Below, one piece after another: positions 55,689-64,000 of a DNA stretch of 64,000 nucleotides. A program made the position numbers and the translations under genes. Origin of the DNA: the human T2T-CHM13v2.0 reference genome, Homo sapiens; assembly GCF_009914755.1 (NCBI RefSeq), contig NC_060929.1; one strand, written 5' to 3'. How positions within the stretch are numbered: the stretch's first letter is position 1; each line of letters begins with the position of its first letter. Under the pieces are notes generated by a model, which searched no databases, was not told the DNA's origin, and worked only from the letters and a program-made list of their open reading frames with translations.

Positions 55689-56244
55689 ATCAATAATATA
55701 TCAATTGTATTTTCATAATATATTTTTAAAAATCTTGCTACTTTGTTTTCTTTAACGCTTCTTAACTCTTATGTAGGTGATATTTCAAATGAATGAGAAG
55801 TAAGTCTTTCAAAATACAAAAGGTTATAAATTGTGCATATGAGCCCTTGTTTTATTTTTATTTATTTTTTAAATGTAATTTGCATTTCTTAAAATTTTAT
55901 TTAAGTAGTTTTTGGGAAACAGGTGGTTTTTGGTTACATGAATAAGTTCTTTAGTAGTGATTTCTCAGATTTTGGTGCGCCCGTCATCCGAGGAATGTAC
56001 ACTGTACCAAATGTTTTTATCACTTATGCCTTCCCCTGCTCCCCCCGAGCCCCCAAAGTCCATTATATCATTCTTATACCCTTGCATCTTCATAGCTTAG
56101 CTCCCACTTGTAAGTGAGAACATATGATATTTGGTTTTCCATTCCTGAGTTATGTCACTTAAAATGATGGTCTCCAGCTCCACCCAGGTTGCTGTGAATG
56201 CCATTATTTTGTTCCTTTTTATGGCTGAGTAGCATTCCAGTGTA

Positions 56245-56248
<4 letters not shown>

Positions 56249-56282
<34 letters not shown>
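56249..56282. repeat. (TG)17 microsatellite within the L1
   Basis: Perfect TG run preceded by TGTATGTA. Confidence 0.97.
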
Positions 56283-56285
<3 letters not shown>

Positions 56286-59200
56286 ATATGTCACATTTTC
56301 TTTATCCACTTGTTGATTGGTAGTCATTTAGGCTGGTTCCATAGTTTTGCAATTGAGAATTGTGCTGCTATAAAAATGCGCATGCAAGCGTCTTTTTCAT
56401 ATTATGACTTCTTTTCCTTTGGGTAGATACCCAGGAATGGAATTGCTGCATCAAATGGTAGTTCCACTTTTAGCTCTTTAAGGAATCTCCACACTGTTTT
56501 CCATAGTGGTTGTACTAGTTTACATTCTCACCAGCAGTGTAAACGTGCTCCCTTTTCATCACATTTGTGCTAACATCTATTTTTTTTTTATTTTTAAATT
56601 ATGGCCATTCTTGCAGGAGTAAGGTGATGTCTCATTGTGGTTTTAATTTGCATTTGTGTATCTTCTTTTGAGAATTGTCTATACTTGTCCTTAGCCCACT
56701 TTTTGATGGGATTTTTTTTTCTTGCTGATTTGTTTGTGTTCCTTGTAGACTCTGGATATTAGTCTTTTGTTGGATGTGTAGATTGGGAAGTTTTCACTGC
56801 CTCTGTGGGTTGTTGTCTGTTAACTATGCTGATTATTTCATTTGCTGTGCAGGAGATTTTTAGTTTAATTAGGTCCCATTTATTTATTTTTTGTTTTTGT
56901 TGCATTTGCTTTTGGGTTCTTGGTCATGAAGTCTTTGCCTAAACCTATGTCTAGAAGAGTTTTTCCGATCATGTCTTCTAGAATTTTCATGGTTTCAGGT
57001 CTTAGATTTAAGTCTTTGATCCATCTTGAGTTGATTTTTATATAAGGTGAAATATGAGGATCCAGTTTTGTTGTTCTACATGTGGCTTGCCAATTATCCC
57101 AGCAGCATTTGTTGAGTAGGGTGTCCATCCCCACTTTATGTTTTTGTTTGCTTAGTCAAAGATCAGTTAGCTGTAAGTATTTGGCTTTATTCCTGGTTTC
57201 TCTATTATGTTCCATTGGTCTATGTGCCCATTTTTGTACCAGTACCATGCTATTTTGGTGACTATGTGGCTCCTTTTTGGTTACATATGAATTTTAGGAT
57301 TTTTTTTTCTAGTTCTGTGAGGAATGATGATGGTATTTTGATGGGAGTTGCATTGAATTTGTAGATTGCTTTTGGCTGTGTGGCTATTTTCACAATACTG
57401 TTTCTACCCATCCATGAGCATGGGATGTGTTTCCATATATTTGTGTCTTTTATGATTTCTTTCAGCAATGTTTTGTAGTTTTACTTGTAGAGGTCTATCA
57501 CCTCTTTGGTTAGGCATATTCCTAAGTATTTTATTTTATTTATTTTATTTATTTTTTGCAGCTATTATAAAAGAGGTTAACTTCTTGATTTCGTTCTCAA
57601 CTTTGTCACTGTAGGTGTATAGCACTGTTATTAATTTTTGTACATTGATTTTGTATCTTGAAACTTTACTGAATTCATTTATCAGATCTAGGAACTTTTT
57701 TGATGAGCCTTTAGGGTTTTCTAGGTAGACAGTCATATCATCAGTAAACAGTGGCAATTTGACTCCCTCTTTACCGATTTGGATGCCCTTTATTTCTTTC
57801 TCTTCTTGGGTTGATTGCTTTGGCTAGGACTTCCAGTACTATGTTGAATAGAAGTAGTGAAAGTAGGCATCCTTGTCTTGATCCAATTCTTAGGGGGAAT
57901 GCTTTCAACTTTTCCTCATTCAGGATAATGTTGGTTGTGTGTTTCTCATAGATGACTTTTATTACCTTGAGGTATGTCTCTTTTATGCCAATTTTGCTGA
58001 GGTTTTAATCATAAATCGATGCTAGATTCTGTGAAATGCTTTTTCTGCATCTATTGAGATAATCATATAATTTTTGTTTTAAATTCTGTTTATGTAATGT
58101 GTCATATTCACTAACTTGCAGATGTTCAACCATCCCTGCATTCATGGTCTGAATTCCACTCGATCATGGTGTATTATCTTTTTGATATGCTGTCGGATTC
58201 TGTTAGCTAGTATTTTATTTAGGATTTTTGCATCTATATTCATCAGGGATATTGGTCTGTAGTTTTCTTTTTTAGTTATATCCTTTCCTGGTTTTTGAAT
58301 TAGAGTGATACTGGCTTTATAGAGTATTTTCAGAAGGATTCCTTTTTATCTCTATCTTGTGGAATAGCATCAATAAGATTGCTACCAATTCTTTTTTGAA
58401 TGCGTGATAGAATTCAGCTGTGAATTCATCTGGTCCTGGAATTTTTTTTTTTTTTTTGTGGTAACTTTTGAATTACCATTTTAATCTTGCAGCTTGTTAC
58501 TGGTCTGTTCAGAGTTTCTATTTCTTCCTGGTTTTATCTAGGAGGGTTGTATATTTCCAGGAATTTATCCATCTCATCTAGATTTTCTTGTTTTTGTGCA
58601 TAAAAATGTTCATATTAGTCTTGAATGATATTTTGTATTTCTGTGGTATCAGTCATAATAGCTCCCATTTTGTTTGTAGTTGAGTTCATTGGGATCTTTT
58701 CTCTTCTTTTCTTGGTTCATCTTGCTAACTGCCTATCAATTTTGTTTATCTTTTCAAAGAACCAGCTTTTTGTTTCATTTATATTTTGTATTTTTTTGTT
58801 TCAATTTCATTTAGTTCTGCTCTTATCTTTGTTATCTCTTTTCTTCTGCTGGGTTTCTGTTTGGTTTGTTCTTGTTTCTCTAGTTCCTTGAGGTGGGACT
58901 AGAATGTCGATTTGTGCACTTTCAGACTTTTTGATGGAGGCATTTAATGCTATGAACTTTCCTCTTAGCACTGCTTTTGCTGTATCCCAGAGGTTTTATT
59001 AGGTTGTGTCACTATTATTGTTAAGTTCAAAGAATTTTTTAATTTTCACCTTGATTTCATTAACCCAAGATCATACAAGAGCATATTATTTAATCTCCAC
59101 GTATTTGCATAGTTTTGAGGGTTCCTTTTGAAGTTGATTTCCAGTTTTATTTAACTGTGGTCTGAGAGAATACTTGATATAATTTTAATTCTTAAAAATT

Positions 59201-61679
59201 TACTGAGACTTGTTTTGTGACCTATCATATGGCATATCTTGAAGCATGTTCCATGTACTAATAAAAAAAGAATGTATATTTTCTGCAGTTGTTGGGTAGA
59301 ATGTTTTGTAAATATCTGTTAAATCCGGATTTGTTCTAGGGTATAGTTTAAGTCCATTATTTCTTTGTTGACTTTCTGTCTTGATGATTTGTCTAACAGC
59401 TGTCAATGCAGTATTGAAATCCCTCACTATTATCGTATTGCTGTCTATCTCATTTATTACATCTAGTAATAATTGTTTTATAAATTTGAGAGCTCCAGTG
59501 TTAGGTGCATATATCCATATATATTTAGGATTGCAGTATTTTCTTGTTGGTTTAATCCCTTTATCGTTATGTAATGACCCTGTTTATCTTTTTTTTTTTA
59601 ACTGTTGTTGCTTTAAAGTCTGCTTTATCTGATATAAGAATAGCTACTCTTGCTTGCTTTTTATGTCCATTTGTGTGGAGTATCTTTTTCCACCCTTTTA
59701 CCTTAAGTTTATGTGAGTCTTTATGTGTTAGGTAAGTCTCTTGAAGACAGCAGATACTTGGTTAATGGAGTTTTATCCATTCTGCCATTCTGTATCTTTT
59801 AAGTGGAGCATTTAGGCCATTTACACTCATTGTTAGTATTGAGATGTGAAGTATAGTTCTATTCATAATGCTAGTTTTTCCCTAAATACCTTGTTTTTTT
59901 TTTTCGTTGTGTTAGCGTTTTATAGGCTGGGTAAGATTTATGCTTCAAAGAGTTTCTATTTTGGTGTATTTCAAGTTTTTGTTTCAAGATTTAGAACTCC
60001 TTTTAGTAGTTCTTGTAGTGCTGGCTTGGTAGTGGCAGATTCTCACAGCATTTGTTTGTCTGAAGAAGACTTTATCTTTCCTTCATTTATGAAGCTTAGT
60101 TTTGCTGGATACAAAACTCTTGGTTGATAATTGTTTTGTTTAAGAAGGCTAAAGATAGGAGCTCAATCTCTTCTGGCTTTTAAGTATTCCGCTGAGAAAT
60201 CTGCTGCTAATCTGGTAGGTTTTCCTTTATAGGTTACCTGATGCTTCTGTTTCACAGATCTTAAGATTTTTTTTCTTCATCTTGACTTTAGTTAACCTGA
60301 TAACTATGTGCCTAGGTGATTATCTTTTTGTGATGAATTTCCTAGGTGTTCTTTGAACTTCTTGTATTTGGATGTCTAGATCTCCAGTAAGGCCATGGAA
60401 ATTGTCCTCAATTATTCCCTCAAATAAGTATTTTTCCTCAGGAACACCAATTATTCTTAGGTTTGGCCATTTAAAATAATTCCAAATTTCTTGGGGTCTT
60501 TGTTTTTTTTCATTCCGTTTTCTTTGTCTTTGTCTGATGGGGTTAATTCGAAAGCCTTGTATTTGAGCTCTGAAGTTCTTTCTTCTGTTCAATTCTATTG
60601 TTGAAACTTTCCAGTGCATTTTATATTTCTCTAAGTGTGTCTTTCATTTCTAGAAGTTGTGATTGTTTTTTCTGTATGATATCTGTTCCTCTAGAGAATT
60701 TTTTTCCATATCCTGTGTTGTTTTTTAAATGTCTTTATGTTGTTTTTCACCTTTCTTTTTTATCTCCTTGAGTAGCTTAATAATCAACTTTCTGAATTCT
60801 TTATCTGGCAATTCAGAGATTTCTTCTTGTTTTGGATTCATTGCTGGGGAGCTAGTGTGATCTCTTGGGGATCTTATAGAATGCTGTTTTGTCATATTAC
60901 CATAATTACTTTTCTGGTTCCTTCTTATTTGGGTAGACTATTTCAGTGGAATGATCTTGAACTCATGGACTGCTGTTCAGATTCTTTTGTTCCATGGTGT
61001 GCTCTCTTGGTGCAGAGCTCTCCGTTCCCCTTCCCCTAGAAATGGGGTTTCCTAAGAACCAGACTAGTGATTGTTATTACTCTTCTGGGTCTAGCCACCC
61101 AGTGAGGCTACCAGGCTCCAGGTTGCTGCTGAGGAACTTGTGCAAAGAGTCCTGTGATATGACCTGTATTCAGGTCTTTCAGCAATCGATACCAGCACCT
61201 GTTCTGGTATAGGTGGCATGGGAGTGATGTGAGAGTCCTTAGTTGTAGATGTGTTGTGTTTAGTCGGCTGGCTTTCTCAACTGCTGGTTGTGCTAGCAGT
61301 GAAGTTGTCATGTGGAGAGACTTAGGACCTCTGGTTAGCCAGCATGTTTCAGGCAGTGCAATTAGCTGTTGTTTTCTGCTTTCCGAGTGCAGGGTTATTC
61401 TGTCATGAGTTTCTGTACTGTCCCGAGTTGGTTGGTTTCCAGCAAGAAGGTGGTGCTTTCAAGAGAGCACCAGCTGTGGTAGTAGCAGGGCGATCTCAGC
61501 TTGCCCTAAGTTGGCGAGGGTGAGTATTCTGGTTTCTCAGGCAATGGGTAGGGTCCCAAGAGTTTATATCTTTTTGTTCATCTTAACAGGGTAGATAGAA
61601 AAATACCATCAGATAGGAGCAGGGTTAAGTGGGTCTGGGCTCAGATTCTTCTTGGGCAGAACTTGCCACAGCCACTGTG

Positions 61680-61721
61680 GGCACTGGGGGTGGTTCTCAG
61701 GGCACTGGGGGTGGTTCTCAG
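61680..61721. repeat. Perfect 21 bp tandem duplication in the L1 5' UTR
   Basis: GGCACTGGGGGTGGTTCTCAG x2. Confidence 0.95.
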
Positions 61722-63094
61722 GCCAATGGGGTTATGTTCCAGAGGGGACTGTTGCTGCCTCTGCTGTGTCATATAGTTTAACAGGGAAGTGGGGGTAGCT
61801 GGTAGCAAAAGGCCTCATCCAGCTTCCACGTAGTTGGCAAGGCTGTTTTTGCTCCTACAGTGCCCTGCTAAGAGCTTGCCCCAGGCCATAAGCTTCCCCA
61901 TTGAGAAATCAAGCACAGCTTTCAGGCCTCACCCCTCCCCATCTGCCCACACTGTTGGTGGTGGCTCTTGTGCTGGTATCTGCAGCAGTTTCCATTTGCC
62001 CCCGGATTCTGCTCAAGAATATTTGTCCCCAGTGAAAATTATTACAAATTTCAGTTGGAAGCTTTTCAACCTGTGACCTCTCCCTAGTTCTGCTGGCTGT
62101 CTACCCCATGGGCCCTTGTGTAATATAGTCAGGAATAGCTTCCCTGGGCTAGAGCTGAAAACTGGGAGCGCTCTTCCTGCTGCTGCTTCTACCTTTATAT
62201 TTTGCATGGCTCCCTAAAAATCTGTTTCAGCTCCAGGTAAGGTTAAATTCTTCCCCTGTAATCTAGATTTTTAGATTCCCCAGTGGGGATGTGTGTTCTG
62301 GGGCAGGTTTTCCTCCTCTCATACTTTGGGAACTTACAGTTTTTCACCTGTCTTGTTGAATTTGCAGCAGCATACCACTTCTTTCAAAGGATCTATGAAT
62401 TCCTTTGGTTTCCTGGTACATTCTGTGGTTGTTCTTGCAGCAAAATGTCATAATGTGATTCTTCACATGCTGGTCTGTCCATCTAAGTGGGAGCTGCGCG
62501 TTAGCTTTGTCTCCTATCTGCCATCTTCCTACAGTATCTGATCCCTTCTTTTTTGTTAGATTTATAAATCTTATATTTAGAACAGGTAGAACTCAGGGCT
62601 ATTACATATTCATACATGTAAAGATATATGTGACTACCTTTCCTGGTTGTGTAGACATTCAAAAATGTGCAATGAGGCAGAGGGGGAAATCACACTTGTT
62701 TAGGTAATTTAGGTTCCTAAAGCAGCTTTGCTATATAACTCAGTTGAAAGCAATGTGCTGACTTGGCCTATCCATGTAATTGCTCTATTTCCTTTTTTCT
62801 TATTGTGCTGTTAGTCCTAAACAAAATGGTTTTGATTGTCATGAAGACTATTATAAAAACACAAATAGTACAATAGCTCATTATGTGTGCCAAAATTTTG
62901 TGTTCTACTCAGCAAATTTCTTACAAGGTTGGTTTATCTGTTCAGGGGAATCTGAGTGATTGAGAATTTTTATTGATATTGCATCTAATTTAGGCATTCC
63001 ATGGAGTGTTTGGGATAGCTATTCTGTTTTTGTCACTTACCAATCCTGTAGGGTGTTGTAGGGATTCATGCTGATTGACACTTACTCATGTAAA

Positions 63095-63250
63095 CGTGGG
63101 TTGTGGTGAAAAGCACTGACTTTGGCCTCTGACCCACAGAGCTGAATCTGTCATTTGTAGTGGATTACTTAATTTTAAGCTTTAGTTTAATCATATAAAA
63201 TGCTTTACCTGAAACAAATTTGAGAGTACATCCTAAATAAGGTTAATTTT
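63095..63250 (+). mobile_element. Highly degraded MIR fragment
   Basis: GTGGTGAAAAGCACTGACTTTGG start and TTACTTAATTTT...TTTAGTTTAATCATATAAAATG core-like sequence. Confidence 0.5.
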
Positions 63251-63529
63251 ATAATTAAGTAAGGGAATATACATGACTACCTTTAGGGCTGTAACAGTTT
63301 TCTTTTTTCTTCTTTACTTTTCCTGCTTTCTTATTTTTGGAAGTATTAATACACATATTTTTAGTATAAATTTTTTATTACTAGTAGGCATGGGCATCTA
63401 CCTAGTGTAGTTGTAATTCCTGTGATTGAAATATCTGTGCAATTTTCCAGCACCTATGAATAATAATAATAATTAGATTGTACTATCTTCTTTCTCAAAT
63501 GGCGTATGAACAAATTTCCTGTGAAACAA

Positions 63530-63750
63530 CATGATGTGTAAGAAAGAGCACTGAACTTGGGGGCAGCATACATCATGACCTACATGCTGAGTGACAAAGG
63601 GCAAATCATAACACATCACACAGGCCCAGTTTTCTTATATATGAAATAAGAACAAAAATACCTGCTATACATCACACAGGGAGGAGTTTTGAGGATTAAG
63701 AAATATATGTGAAGCTGTATGGTAACATCAAAGCCACAGCACAGATATAA
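63530..63750 (+). mobile_element. MIR3/MIRc-like SINE
   Basis: GAAAGAGCACTGAACTTGG...GGGCAAATCA...GGCCCAGTTTTCTTATATATGAAAT...TTTTGAGGATTAA. Confidence 0.65.
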
Positions 63751-63880
63751 TGACAATTGAATAAAAATGGGATAGTCTCTCAAATCTTCCTACAATCAAA
63801 AAACATGACATGCTATATTATTCTCAGAAAATTTCTTCTCCTTTGAAAAGTTATTCAGTTCATATTTGGTAACAGAGAAT

Positions 63881-64000
63881 CTTTCTTTTTTCTTCAGCTT
63901 AATTTCTGAGATATATGTGCAGGATGTGTGGGTTTGTTACAGACGTAAATGTGTGCCATTGTGGTTTGCTGCACAGATCAACCCATCACCTAGGTGTTAA
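63881..64000 (-). mobile_element. 3' end of an L1PA (L1PA8-10-like), continuing beyond the window
   Basis: T-rich tail, then ATGTGCAGGATGTG..GGTTTGTTAC..GTAAATGTGTGCCA..GTGGTTTGCTGCACAGATCAACCCATCACCTAGGT. Confidence 0.88.

Larger units (their letters stand above)
55851..62535 (-). mobile_element. Apparently full-length (~6.7 kb), inactivated L1PB (L1PB1-like) LINE-1
   Basis: 3' UTR TTTGGTTACATGAATAAGTTCTTTAGT. ORF2 remnants at 56880-57134 ([23 protein letters not shown]), 57262-57468 ([11 protein letters not shown]), 57545-57757 (LFTDDMTVYLENP) and 59200-59427. ORF1 remnant at 60320-60619 (PNLRIIGVPE..IQIQEVQRTP). 5' UTR ends CTCCTATCTGCCATCTTCC. Many stops and frameshifts. Confidence 0.93.

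Noticed and set aside
55851-62535. Functional L1 ORF1/ORF2
   Set aside because: Broken into fragments under 100 aa by stops, frameshifts and deletions; cannot encode active proteins.

Overview
This is primate (human-like) genomic DNA with no credible protein-coding gene. Positions 1-~40302 are one compound ~73-76 bp satellite array (about 540 monomers) that I recognise as SATR1/SATR2-like. Its monomer has two GATATT-N6-AATATC dyads plus a ~34 bp palindrome centred on TGTACA. The array has five blocks with three orientation flips, higher-order repeats (~4.4, ~2.3, ~1.45 and 1.05 kb), a near-perfect 293 bp inverted duplication, templated-insertion scars and a solo HERV-H LTR7 with a perfect 5 bp TSD. 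Positions ~40303-64000 are ordinary AT-rich intergenic/intronic DNA with old and young transposons: L1PA, L2, MIR, MLT1, THE1, MER68-like, Alus including a pristine AluYc1-type copy, and an apparently full-length decayed L1PB. The many ORFs in 1-40 kb are translation artefacts of the satellite. Family names come from recall of consensus sequences, not from a database search. Satellite strand is defined arbitrarily as + when the monomer reads GATATT(G/A)GGAGTAATATC.
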